This document shows, piece by piece, positions 9,795 through 19,892 of a stretch of DNA of 64,000 nt. Every line of letters starts with the position of its first letter. The stretch's first letter is position 1. The DNA is taken from the sequence record DRR723986_562; one strand, written 5' to 3'. The position numbers were made by a program, and so were the translations under genes. The notes beneath the pieces are model-generated. The model searched no databases. It saw only the letters and a program-made list of their open reading frames with translations, and was not told the origin of the DNA.

Positions 9795-10945
9795 AAATTT
9801 CAGTACTAGGAGCCGGTTCAATGGGATCGGGAATTGCACAAGTTGCCTCACAATCAGGACACGAAGTTGTTTTGGCAGATACGAATCAAGAGGCCTTGGA
9901 TAAAGCAAAAGCTAAGTTGGCAAAGGTGATGGCAAGACTTGTTGAGAAAGGAAAATTTGGACAGGATGTTTCGGATGCCATTCAGAACCGAATTACTTAT
10001 TCCACAAACATGAATGATTTTGCTGGTTCAGGAATGGTGATAGAAGCCATTATTGAAAATCTTGAAATCAAACAAAAAGTATTCAAAACCATAGAGGAAA
10101 TTGTAGATGAAAACTGCATCCTAGCTACAAATACTTCTTCACTATCAGTAGCTTCAATTGCGGCAGCGGTGGAAAAATCGGATCGAGTAATTGGAATTCA
10201 CTTTTTTAATCCGGCGCCTTTGATGCCATTGGTTGAAATTATTCCAGCCGTTCAAACGGCTGACAGCACAACTAAAATTGCTAGAGATTTAATTGATTCT
10301 TGGAAAAAGGTAACTGTACTGGCTAAAGATACGCCTGGTTTTATAGTTAACCGTGTGGCACGTCCTTTTTACGGAGAAGCATTAAAAATTTATGAAGAGG
10401 GTGTAGCCGATTTTGCAACAATTGATTGGGCAATGACTGAGCTCGGTGGTTTCAGAATGGGACCATTCACTTTAATGGATTATATCGGAAATGATATTAA
10501 TTATACCGTGACCGAAACTGTTTTTGCAGCCTTTTATTATGACCCAAGATACAAGCCATCATTCACCCAGAAAAGGCACTCTGAGGCAGGTTGGTATGGG
10601 AGAAAGTCGGGTAGAGGATACTACAGTTATGCTGAAGGAACGGAATTGCCTAAACCCTCTATGGATAAAATAGTCGGTGAAGAAATTCTGAATAGAATTT
10701 TGGTCATGCTGATTAATGAAGCGGTTGATGCTGTATTCTTGAATATCGCATCTCCAGAAGATGTTGACTTAGCAATGACTAAAGGAGTGAATTATCCTAA
10801 AGGATTGCTTTCTTGGGCCAATGAAATTGGTTTAGATAAAGTATTAAATCAATTGGATGAATTACATCAAGAATATGGAGAGGATCGATACAGACCTTCC
10901 GTTTTATTAAGAAGAATGGTGAGAGAAGGTAAGACTTTCTTTTAA
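9791..10945 (+). CDS. paaH: 3-hydroxyacyl-CoA dehydrogenase, PaaH-like (two C-terminal domains)
   Basis: GAGSMGSGIA, EAIIENL, LATNTSSLS, GIHFFNPAP, DTPGFIVNRVARP; duplicated C-terminal domain. Confidence 0.8.
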   Translation: MKISVLGAGSMGSGIAQVASQSGHEVVLADTNQEALDKAKAKLAKVMARLVEKGKFGQDVSDAIQNRITYSTNMNDFAGSGMVIEAIIENLEIKQKVFKTIEEIVDENCILATNTSSLSVASIAAAVEKSDRVIGIHFFNPAPLMPLVEIIPAVQTADSTTKIARDLIDSWKKVTVLAKDTPGFIVNRVARPFYGEALKIYEEGVADFATIDWAMTELGGFRMGPFTLMDYIGNDINYTVTETVFAAFYYDPRYKPSFTQKRHSEAGWYGRKSGRGYYSYAEGTELPKPSMDKIVGEEILNRILVMLINEAVDAVFLNIASPEDVDLAMTKGVNYPKGLLSWANEIGLDKVLNQLDELHQEYGEDRYRPSVLLRRMVREGKTFF

Positions 10946-10965
10946 GAAGAATTAATATTTTTTTT

Positions 10966-11007
10966 AAACCTCAATTCGTTAATTAATAGCGGGTTGAGGT
11001 TTTTTTT
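10966..11007 (+). terminator. Rho-independent terminator
   Basis: Stem AAACCTCAATTCG/CGGGTTGAGGTTT followed by a T tract after paaH. Confidence 0.8.
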
Positions 11008-11085
11008 ATGCAATAAAATCAAAGATGTCGGGTTACTTATTTGAACTATTCTACATCAAGAATAGACAACTAAAAACACTGACAT

Positions 11086-12696
11086 ATGAAAAACATCATT
11101 TTAACAATCACAGTTTTATGTACCGTAGGAGTTTTCGCTCAATCTGATTATCCAATTTATAAAAACGTTCAATTTTCTGAAGCTTTTGAATGGGACAAAA
11201 TGAATGAATCTGACTTTTTAGTTCCCTCTCCATTTGCCAAACCAGATTTAAGGATTCCCAAGCCGATCGATTTTGACAATTATGACGTGAAATCTATTAC
11301 TTACTACTACTCTCAAAATAAATCCAATCCTAATTTTGGACAAACTAAACTCAGTAATGAACGTTATGAGAAGCTAATTGCAACCTATCCTGAATTAGCA
11401 TCAGAAGATATTCAATGGTCAACAAAAGTTCAAAATGTTTGCGATAACAACGAATGTGCAGAAGAACTTTTTCACGGTTTTGTTGTTTCACTCCAACCTA
11501 AAGTAAAGCTGGTTGAAGAAACAAAGTCTCCACTGGGTCATGATCAATTAGAAGATCAATCATTCAGATTTAAAGGAGAACAGGAAAACGTCATTATTGG
11601 TAAAGATGGAACTAAAATATTAATTCCTGCCAATGCCTTTGTTGATGGTAGGGGAAGGGTCGCTCAAGGGAATTTAACCTTAAAATTGAAAGAGGCCATT
11701 CATTTAAAAGATATTGTCTTGGCCAATTTAAGTACAATGACGAGTTCTGGAGAGGTATTGATGTCAAAAGGCATGATCAAAGTAGAAGCTTACAAGGGTA
11801 AGTATGCCTTGCAACTTGCTAAAGACAAGTCATTAACTATTGAAGTGCCAACAAAATTTGAAGAAGGATACAGTTATTATAAAGGGGAGAATTCGAAAGG
11901 AGACCTGACATGGACAGAGCCTGTGCCCATTTTAAAGAATCCACGAGTGAATATGAATGAGGCCAACATGAACAAATGGGGGTTCAAATATGCCACGAAA
12001 CCATACGTTGAAAAAGTAGGCGATACAGACGGATTAGATTCATTGGTCGTTCATATGTTGAATAGAGACGTGTATTTTACTAAAGATGATTTTAGTATTC
12101 AATCTGCTGTGGGGGGTGGCGTAATGGCTAAAGTGGCGCGGAAAATGGAAAAATGGTTTAAGAAAAACGAATTTGATTTTGATGATGTTGCTAATAAATT
12201 CTATGGTTCGGCCTGGTATTCTTCTAAGTTCCTTCCTTTTCTTTGGAAACCAATGAGGTGGGATGGTATGACCACCGTTCGTGAGCGAGATACAAGTGAG
12301 GTTGGTAATGTTTTAGCCATGAATGAATTAGGTTGGGCGAACATAGATTGTCTTGCTCGGAATAAACACACCGTGTATGCCAGCTTTAATGTTGATTTAT
12401 CAGGACCAGAAGAGATGAAAGATTTCTCAATATCACTAATTGTACCTTCTGTGAATAGCATGGTTCCAGGTTTTAAAAGAAAGAATGGGAACTATTCGTT
12501 TACCCATGGCGAGCAAGAGGATAAGGTGCGTATGCCATTAAACGAGAAGGTATTCGTGATGGCGTCAGGTATCAGTGATGGAAAACAATTTTTTGCCATT
12601 AATGAGTATGCTTTGGGTAAAAAACCAGTAGTCGACCTTGAAATGAGAGAAGTCAGCCGGTCTGAAATGCTTGAAGAATTGAAAAATACACTTTAA
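11086..12696 (+). CDS. Secreted hypothetical protein
   Basis: 536-aa ORF with signal peptide (VFA/Q); GKDGTKILIPANAF and LGWANID motifs resemble uncharacterised Bacteroidota exported domains. Confidence 0.7.
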   Translation: MKNIILTITVLCTVGVFAQSDYPIYKNVQFSEAFEWDKMNESDFLVPSPFAKPDLRIPKPIDFDNYDVKSITYYYSQNKSNPNFGQTKLSNERYEKLIATYPELASEDIQWSTKVQNVCDNNECAEELFHGFVVSLQPKVKLVEETKSPLGHDQLEDQSFRFKGEQENVIIGKDGTKILIPANAFVDGRGRVAQGNLTLKLKEAIHLKDIVLANLSTMTSSGEVLMSKGMIKVEAYKGKYALQLAKDKSLTIEVPTKFEEGYSYYKGENSKGDLTWTEPVPILKNPRVNMNEANMNKWGFKYATKPYVEKVGDTDGLDSLVVHMLNRDVYFTKDDFSIQSAVGGGVMAKVARKMEKWFKKNEFDFDDVANKFYGSAWYSSKFLPFLWKPMRWDGMTTVRERDTSEVGNVLAMNELGWANIDCLARNKHTVYASFNVDLSGPEEMKDFSISLIVPSVNSMVPGFKRKNGNYSFTHGEQEDKVRMPLNEKVFVMASGISDGKQFFAINEYALGKKPVVDLEMREVSRSEMLEELKNTL

Positions 12697-12721
12697 AAAT
12701 AGTCTTTTCATAGCGAGAGTG

Positions 12722-12776
12722 CCCGAATTCAGAATGGTTATCCTGGTCAAATTAACCATTCATGAATTCGGGTTTT
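12722..12776 (+). terminator. Long-stem terminator
   Basis: CCCGAATTCAGAATGGTTA pairs with TAACCATTCATGAATTCGGG (one bulge), then a T run. Confidence 0.75.
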
Positions 12777-12907
12777 TAGCTTTCTGGATTTAACAATCAG
12801 TTAACAAACTGTTTAAAATCAAACAACTATTTGGCTTTGAGGGGGTGCCCCCCTTTTTGCTTATCTAATGCGTGCATAACTTTACGGGAACTAAACGTTT
12901 AATATCC

Positions 12908-15900
12908 ATGAAAACGAGAGCCCTAATTACTGCATTATTCCTAATCTCAACCGGTTTAATAGCACAAGATAATTATAAGCGAACAGATTTTGATTTATCA
13001 GCTAATCGAGCATTTATTCCTAACGTTGGTCAGTTCAATAACCGAAATTGGCAAGACAATGAAATAAAATATGCTATAAACGAAAATCCGTTTTACGTAT
13101 TTTTTACTGACAAAGGATTGACTTATCGATTCGATAAAATCATCAAAAATCCTGTTTATAAGAACGGAGATCATACTGCTCCAAAGCGAATCAACATTTC
13201 AGAACTAGTTCACGCTACTTGGGTGAATGCGAATCCAGATGTTGAAATCAAAGCAGAAGGAATGAACTCAAATTACTATTCTTATGCCATAAGAACAGGA
13301 GTTGGTAAAGAAACTAGAAACATCAACAATATCCAAGGTTTTCAAAAAATCACTTATGTCAACTTATATGACAATATTGACGTTGAATACATTTTACATC
13401 CAGATGGTGGAATAAAATATTCTGTGATTTTACATCCTGGTGCTGATCCCAGCTTGGTCCAATTAAAATACTCTTCAGGTCACACAAATGTTCAAGACGA
13501 GAATATTTCTTACGGTTTAAATGCTAAAGGTGAATTCGAGATTAAAACATCTCTAGGAGATTTATTAGAGCATAGTCCTTTCACGTTTGAAAAAGACTCA
13601 GAAAAAGAAATTACTTCAGCTTTTAAATTTGATAATGACATCCTTTCATTCGAATTAGATAATTATGATAATTCAAAAACGGTTGTAATTGATCCTTGGG
13701 TGGTTTCTCCTGCATATAACTCTTCAACAGCGGTTTGGGAAGTAGAAACTGATGGTGCTGGTAATGTTTATACAATAGGGGGTGAAACGCCAATGGAATT
13801 GAAAAAATACAATGCAGCAGGAGCACTTCAATGGACCTACGTTACACCATGGGATACCAATTCTGTTTGGTTGGGAACTATGGCCACTGATAACGCGGGG
13901 GTAACTTATATTACATCTGGTACTTCTCCTGAGATTGAACGAATCAACACTGGTGGTGGAATGGTTTGGCACAATAACGGTGGAGGTTTAAGTACTGAAT
14001 ATTGGTCAATTACTTTCAATTGCGATAAAACCAAATTGATTGTTGGAGGTACTGGTGGTGGACTATTTAGTTTTACTGCTGAGATTTACGATATTGATAT
14101 CAATAACGGAAATGTTTTAGCGCAACAAACTGTTGGTCAACAAGGTGGGAGTTTCACTCCAATTGAAGTTAGATCAATATCATCTTCTAAAAATGCCAAG
14201 TATATTTATTTAACACATGAGCAGGCTGGAGCTATTAACCAAAACATTGGCGCTTGTCCTACAAACGCACCTTATTTTGAAGTAGATAACGCTCATCATT
14301 TAGCTTATAAATGTGAAAATTATCTTCCAACAACACAAAATGGTGGAGGCTTAAAAGCTTTAGTAGCAAATGATAATTTCTTCTACACACATGATGGTGA
14401 TGAGATTTATCAAAGAGATTTAGGAACAGGAGCCTTGATTACAAGTGTTGCATTACCAGGTGGTAGCGCCAATACAAGTTTAGGTGATATTGTTGTTCAT
14501 TGTAGTGGTTTAGCCGTTGATGATTGCGGAAATGTTTATGCAGGTGCTGATGACAGAGTAGTGAAATTTGATCAAAACTTGAATTTCATTTCTCAAGCAA
14601 TGACATCTTTCTCTGTGTATGATGTGAGTGTTAATGCTAATGGTGAAGTATTAGCCGTTGGAGCGCAGCAAGATAATAATTCAACAAACAGAAACGGAAG
14701 AATAGAATCGATTTCATTAGCTGCCTGTGCGCAGTACGCCTTGGTATGTTGTGATGCCAATATTTGCCCGCAAGACACCGTTTGTGAAACTGATGCACCG
14801 TTTAATTTATTTACAACTACTGGGGGTGGAACATTCAGTGGAACAGGAATTACAAATACTACAGCTGGAACATTCGATCCTGCAACTTCAGGCTCTGGAA
14901 CATTCACTGTTACTTATACTGCAGCTTGTGGTTCAGATAACATTGATATAGTTGTAAATCCTTGTGCTACTTTAACTCCATGTGCAAATGCTAACGGAGA
15001 TATTACAATTACAGATGGAGATGGGAATAATACTTGGCAAGAATGGACAACAGTTAATACAAGTTCAAGTGATTGTGCCACTTGCGGTGGAATTGAAATC
15101 TTAGGGATTTGTACTGTGACCTTGCCTTGTACAATTTCGGCAATGGGATGGCAGACTTTTTCAACCGGGACAACTACAGTTACACCAACCGCAAATTATC
15201 CAATTCTAGTAACTGATGGAACCGGAGCAACAGTTACTATTAACAGTTTCGCAAGTTTACCAGCTTGTACATCTACTTGTGATCCAACAATTACAGCAGC
15301 TGGTCCATTCTGTGTAACTGACCCGGCTGTTAACTTAACTGCCGTTGATCCTGGAGGAACTTGGTCTGGTACGGGAATTACAGATGTGAATGCTGGAACC
15401 TTTACACCTTCAGCTGCTGGTGCAGGTTCGCATACAATTACTTATTCACTTTCTTGTGGATCTTCGGATACAGAAACAATTACTGTGAACGCTACGGATG
15501 ACGCCACTTTCACTTATGCTCAAGCATCTTACTGTTTGACAGATGCTGATCCAAGCCCATCATCAGTGACATTACCTGGAGGTACTTTTAGCATTGACGG
15601 AACTGGAGTAATTAATGCAACAACTGGTCAGGTAGATATCGGAGCCTCAGGTGTTGGAACTTATGTGATCAGTTATTTAACGAACGGTCCTTGTCCAACA
15701 ACAGGCACCTTTAATATGACAATTACTGCAGGTGCAGATGCAACGATCACTGCCGCAGGTCCATTCTGTGAGAATGCTGCAACAGTAACTTTAGCTGCAG
15801 CTGATCCGGGAGGAACATGGACTGGAACAGGAATAACCAATGGAGCAACAGGTGATTTTGATCCCGCAACTGCTGGAGCAGGATCGCATACGATTACCTA

Positions 15901-18313
15901 CACAATTGCAGGTTCATGTGGTGATGTAGATACAGAAACGATTCAAGTAGATCCTTTAGATGATGCGACATTTGCTTATGCGCAAGGTTCATATTGTTTG
16001 ACAGATGCGAATCCATTGCCAAGTTCGGTAACTATGCCAGGTGGAACCTTTTCAATTGACAATGGAGGAACAATTAACCCAGCAACTGGTGAAATAGATA
16101 TTGCAGCTTCTGGTGCAGGTTCTTATACGGTTTCTTACTTAACAAATGGTCCTTGTCCAACGACTGGTACCTTTGGAGTTGTTTTAACATCTGGAGCTAA
16201 TGCTACCATAACACCGGCTGGTCCGTTTTGTGAGAATGATCCAGCAATCAATTTAACTGCTGCAGATGCAGGAGGTACATGGACAGGAAATGGAATTACA
16301 GATGCTACGTTAGGAACATTTGATCCTGCAACGGCGGGTGCGGGAACGCACACCATCACCTATACAATTTCTGGGTCTTGTGGAGCCGTAGGAACTGAAG
16401 ATATTACAGTCAACGCAGTAGATGATGCTACTTTCGCTTACGCCCAAGGTTCTTACTGTTTAACAGATGCGAATCCATTACCGAGTTCAGTTACAACTCC
16501 TGGAGGAACATTCTCAATTGATAATGGTGGAATAATTAACGCGGCTACAGGAGAAATCGACATTCCTGCCTCAGGAGCAGGAAACTACACAGTGACCTAT
16601 TTGACCGCGGGGGCTTGTCCGGCATCTTCAACATTCAGTGTTACTTTAACATCTGGGGCTGATGCGACCATTACACCTGCAGGACCATTCTGTGAAACAG
16701 ATGCCGCAGTGAATTTGGTAGCTGTTGATGCAGGTGGAACTTGGACAGGAACAGGAATTACAGATGCAACTTTAGGAACATTTGATCCGGCAACTGCTGG
16801 TGCAGGAACACATTCTATAACTTATACAATTGCAGGTGGATGTGGTGATGTTGATACAGAAGATATCACTGTTAACCCGGCAGATGATGCAACATTCGAT
16901 TATCCTCAAGCGGCATATTGTGTGTCTGATCCTGACCCTGCGGCGAATATCATTGGTACGGCGGGAGGAACGTTCACAATTGACGGAACAGGTGTAATTA
17001 ATGCTGCAAATGGAACGATTGATTTAGATGCAAGTGGAAATGGAAGTTATACGGTGACCTATACAACATCAGGTCCATGTCCTGCAACATCAACATTTGC
17101 AATTACAATAACTACAGCTTTAAATAGTACTATAACTGCTGCTGGTCCATTCTGTGATACAGATGCCGCAGTCAACCTCACTGCAGTAGATGCTGGAGGG
17201 ACTTGGTCTGGAACAGGAATCACAGATCCAACTTTAGGAACTTTTGATCCAAACATTGCAGGTCCAGGTACTCATACTATTACCTATACAATTGCAGGTG
17301 CTTGTGGATCTACAAGTACACAAGATATTGTTGTGAATCCGACAGATGATGCTTCATTCAATTATGCAAGTGCATCTTACTGTACAGTTGATCCGAACCC
17401 AGTTGCCAATGTTACTGGAACACCTGGAGGAACTTTCAGTATTGACAACGGAGGAACTATTGATCCTACAACTGGAGAAATTAACCTAGGTACTACAGCT
17501 GCAGGTACATATACAATAACGTATACAACTAATGGTGCATGTCCTGCAAGTTCAACTGCCACTGTGACTATTACAGATGGCTTTACAGCAGTGATAACTC
17601 AAGCTGGTCCATTCTGTTTACATCAAGGAGAATACATTTTAGAAGGATTAGCACCGGGAGGAGTTTGGTCAGGCCCTGGAATTACAGATACCACTTTGGG
17701 AATCTTCCATACAGATACAGCTGGATTAGGAACTCATGAAATTATTTATACCATTCCAGGTTCATGTGGAGATGCTGATACCATTTTAGTAGAGGTATTT
17801 GATAATCCAAATGCTGTTGTACATCCTTCGTACACTATTGACTGGGGCGGATCAGTCATCATTGATGCAGTGGGTGGATCAACTTATAACTGGTCACCTG
17901 ATTACAACTTAGACTGCAGCGATTGTCAAAGTCCTACAGCTAGTCCTACAGAAACCACAATTTATTGTGTAAGTGTAACTGAAAACGGATGTGTGGACAC
18001 CGCATGTACGAAAGTTAACGTTGAGTTAAATTGTCCTGAAATCTATGTGCCTAATGCAATCACACCTTTAAGTGATGATGAAAATGCAGTGATTTGTGCA
18101 ATGGGTGGATGTGTACTTGAAATTCACATGAGAATCTATGACCGTTGGGGAGAACTAGTATTTGAAACAAATGATTTAAATTCTTGTTGGGACGGCACAC
18201 ATATGCGAAATGGTAAACTAATGAGTTCTGCAGTGTTCGTGTACATCTTAGATGCAACACTGGCCAATGGCGAGAAGGTGAATCAAAAAGGTAATATTAG
18301 TTTAATTAGGTAA
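12908..18313 (+). CDS. Large T9SS type-B (gliding-motility-associated CTD) surface adhesin-like protein
   Basis: Signal peptide from MKTRA (start trimmed); N-terminal FIPNVGQ...VIDPW domain; propeller-like region; Thr/Gly-rich repeats; C-terminal IYVPNAITP...IYDRWGELVF...KGNISLIR; PorP/SprF gene follows. Confidence 0.92.
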   Translation: MKTRALITALFLISTGLIAQDNYKRTDFDLSANRAFIPNVGQFNNRNWQDNEIKYAINENPFYVFFTDKGLTYRFDKIIKNPVYKNGDHTAPKRINISELVHATWVNANPDVEIKAEGMNSNYYSYAIRTGVGKETRNINNIQGFQKITYVNLYDNIDVEYILHPDGGIKYSVILHPGADPSLVQLKYSSGHTNVQDENISYGLNAKGEFEIKTSLGDLLEHSPFTFEKDSEKEITSAFKFDNDILSFELDNYDNSKTVVIDPWVVSPAYNSSTAVWEVETDGAGNVYTIGGETPMELKKYNAAGALQWTYVTPWDTNSVWLGTMATDNAGVTYITSGTSPEIERINTGGGMVWHNNGGGLSTEYWSITFNCDKTKLIVGGTGGGLFSFTAEIYDIDINNGNVLAQQTVGQQGGSFTPIEVRSISSSKNAKYIYLTHEQAGAINQNIGACPTNAPYFEVDNAHHLAYKCENYLPTTQNGGGLKALVANDNFFYTHDGDEIYQRDLGTGALITSVALPGGSANTSLGDIVVHCSGLAVDDCGNVYAGADDRVVKFDQNLNFISQAMTSFSVYDVSVNANGEVLAVGAQQDNNSTNRNGRIESISLAACAQYALVCCDANICPQDTVCETDAPFNLFTTTGGGTFSGTGITNTTAGTFDPATSGSGTFTVTYTAACGSDNIDIVVNPCATLTPCANANGDITITDGDGNNTWQEWTTVNTSSSDCATCGGIEILGICTVTLPCTISAMGWQTFSTGTTTVTPTANYPILVTDGTGATVTINSFASLPACTSTCDPTITAAGPFCVTDPAVNLTAVDPGGTWSGTGITDVNAGTFTPSAAGAGSHTITYSLSCGSSDTETITVNATDDATFTYAQASYCLTDADPSPSSVTLPGGTFSIDGTGVINATTGQVDIGASGVGTYVISYLTNGPCPTTGTFNMTITAGADATITAAGPFCENAATVTLAAADPGGTWTGTGITNGATGDFDPATAGAGSHTITYTIAGSCGDVDTETIQVDPLDDATFAYAQGSYCLTDANPLPSSVTMPGGTFSIDNGGTINPATGEIDIAASGAGSYTVSYLTNGPCPTTGTFGVVLTSGANATITPAGPFCENDPAINLTAADAGGTWTGNGITDATLGTFDPATAGAGTHTITYTISGSCGAVGTEDITVNAVDDATFAYAQGSYCLTDANPLPSSVTTPGGTFSIDNGGIINAATGEIDIPASGAGNYTVTYLTAGACPASSTFSVTLTSGADATITPAGPFCETDAAVNLVAVDAGGTWTGTGITDATLGTFDPATAGAGTHSITYTIAGGCGDVDTEDITVNPADDATFDYPQAAYCVSDPDPAANIIGTAGGTFTIDGTGVINAANGTIDLDASGNGSYTVTYTTSGPCPATSTFAITITTALNSTITAAGPFCDTDAAVNLTAVDAGGTWSGTGITDPTLGTFDPNIAGPGTHTITYTIAGACGSTSTQDIVVNPTDDASFNYASASYCTVDPNPVANVTGTPGGTFSIDNGGTIDPTTGEINLGTTAAGTYTITYTTNGACPASSTATVTITDGFTAVITQAGPFCLHQGEYILEGLAPGGVWSGPGITDTTLGIFHTDTAGLGTHEIIYTIPGSCGDADTILVEVFDNPNAVVHPSYTIDWGGSVIIDAVGGSTYNWSPDYNLDCSDCQSPTASPTETTIYCVSVTENGCVDTACTKVNVELNCPEIYVPNAITPLSDDENAVICAMGGCVLEIHMRIYDRWGELVFETNDLNSCWDGTHMRNGKLMSSAVFVYILDATLANGEKVNQKGNISLIR
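15280..17800 (+). repeat. Intragenic tandem repeat, about 462-bp period (two alternating Ig-like units)
   Basis: GPFC codons start at 15302, 15758, 16220, 16682, 17144, 17606; five DDA(T/S)F units interleaved. Confidence 0.9.
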
Positions 18314-18331
18314 TCCTAAAACATTACGACT

Positions 18332-19381
18332 ATGAAATTAGCAGCAATATTAAGTACATTATTCGTGGTGATTGGAAGTTCGGTTAATGCACAGGACATT
18401 CACTTTTCACAATTCTATATGAATCCGCTTCAACAAAATCCGGCAATGGCGGGTGCGGTTTACGGAATGGAAGCCAACATTAATTATAAAGACCAATGGA
18501 GAGCCATTGGAGCCCCTTATAAGACTTTTGCATTGGGGTATCATTTAAGATTCGATAAAAAAAGAACTTCAAACGGATATTTAGCCGCGGGTGCGAACTT
18601 TTTTGCGGATAGAGCGGGTGATTCTAATATGGGAACTGGCCAAGGAAATCTGGCTTTAGCTTATCATGCAAAATTGAATGCTCATAATAGACTCGGGGGT
18701 GGAATCCAAGCAGGATATTTCCAACGTTCAATTGATTTTACAGGATTGAAATGGGGCTCACAATTTGATGGAGTAGCTTATGATGAGACCTTAGCAGGTG
18801 GAATCACATCCGGTTCATCCAACTTTACCAAATTTGATTTAGGTGCAGGATTGGTTTGGGTCTATAATAACAAAGAGGGTGATATTAAAGTAACTGATAA
18901 TCATGATTTGAATTTCAATGTCGGCTTTTCTGTTATGCATTTGACTCGACCTAAATACTCTTTTATCGGAAGTTCTGAGAGATTACCAATGCGAATCGTT
19001 GCACATGCAAACGGTGTTATCAGCTTAGCTGAGTCATCTAAAATGGCTATTGTTCCTGGATTCATGTATTATAGACAAGGTCCAGCTCAGGAAATCTATT
19101 TCGGAACATTATTCAGACATTTGATTACTCAAGATTCTAAGTTTACTGGGCTAAAGAATAGTTCAGCATTCTACTGGGGTGCTTATCTAAGAACAAGAGA
19201 TGCAATCACGGCAAAGATTTTATTTGAATATGGCGGATGGGGATTCGGTGTAAGTTATGATATTAATGTTTCAAGCCTTAAGACTGCAACAAGCACAAGA
19301 GGTGGTTTAGAATTTGGAATTAGGTACACGGCAGGAAATCCGTTCATAAAAACATACGGTGCCGATCACTCGAGATATTAA
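18332..19381 (+). CDS. PorP/SprF family T9SS outer-membrane protein
   Basis: AQDIHFSQFYMNPLQQNPAMAG, NYKDQW, GVSYDINVSSL, GGLEF; directly after the type-B CTD gene. Confidence 0.93.
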   Translation: MKLAAILSTLFVVIGSSVNAQDIHFSQFYMNPLQQNPAMAGAVYGMEANINYKDQWRAIGAPYKTFALGYHLRFDKKRTSNGYLAAGANFFADRAGDSNMGTGQGNLALAYHAKLNAHNRLGGGIQAGYFQRSIDFTGLKWGSQFDGVAYDETLAGGITSGSSNFTKFDLGAGLVWVYNNKEGDIKVTDNHDLNFNVGFSVMHLTRPKYSFIGSSERLPMRIVAHANGVISLAESSKMAIVPGFMYYRQGPAQEIYFGTLFRHLITQDSKFTGLKNSSAFYWGAYLRTRDAITAKILFEYGGWGFGVSYDINVSSLKTATSTRGGLEFGIRYTAGNPFIKTYGADHSRY

Positions 19382-19395
19382 GATTTCGTTTAGTT

Positions 19396-19432
19396 AAAAT
19401 AGGGCTGGGACGAAAGTTCCGGCTTTATTTTT
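19396..19432. terminator. Bidirectional terminator
   Basis: AAAATAGGGCTGGGAC-GAAA-GTTCCGGCTTTATTTT between convergent genes. Confidence 0.85.
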
Positions 19433-19433
19433 G

Positions 19434-19790
19434 TCAATTTTTTACAAACTTATTCGTTGAAAGTAGATTGTAATCTTTGTCTTTTCCGTTGATATAGTAA
19501 ATGCCATTTGGTAGATGTCTAATATCATATTTAACATCTGTAGGATAGCTTAATACTACTTCGCCCTTTGTATTGATGAATTCAACGAAAACTTCATTTT
19601 CATTCATTTTAGGACGATAAACAAAATCCGTTGACGGATTGGTGTAAACTGCCGATTTTATTTGGATTGGTCGAGTCAGCATGTTGGCTTCTCCAGTATT
19701 ACTTTGGTCTGAATCAGCTCCCTGATCAGTTGTTTGGCTAAAAACAACTTGCGACAAACAGATGGCACATAGACTAACAAAAAGTTTCAT
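19434..19790 (-). CDS. Small T9SS type-A CTD protein
   Basis: Signal peptide, about 28-aa linker, then VYTNPSTD...DIRHLPNGIYYI...KFVKN. Confidence 0.75.
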   Translation of the reverse strand: MKLFVSLCAICLSQVVFSQTTDQGADSDQSNTGEANMLTRPIQIKSAVYTNPSTDFVYRPKMNENEVFVEFINTKGEVVLSYPTDVKYDIRHLPNGIYYINGKDKDYNLLSTNKFVKN

Positions 19791-19807
19791 ACTAAGAATT
19801 TAGTTTA

Positions 19808-19833
19808 TAGACGAATCAAATTTTTAAGCGTTG
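19808..19833 (-). promoter_or_regulatory. Putative ECF sigma promoter CAAC-N16-CGTCTA
   Basis: AAC -35 and CGT -10 boxes with a 16-nt spacer, 17 nt upstream of ATG 19790. Confidence 0.5.
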
Positions 19834-19892
19834 TTTAAAATGTGAAAAAGGGCATCTTTAAATTAAGCGTACCTTCGCACAAAAAATACTTT

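Noticed and set aside
14593-17739. Several antisense or alternate-frame ORFs in the adhesin
   Set aside because: Shadows of repetitive Thr/Gly/Ala codons, with no independent coding features
15280-17800. Possible CRISPR or DGR-type repeat array
   Set aside because: The period is about 462 bp, in-frame and coding; no spacers, cas genes or reverse transcriptase seen
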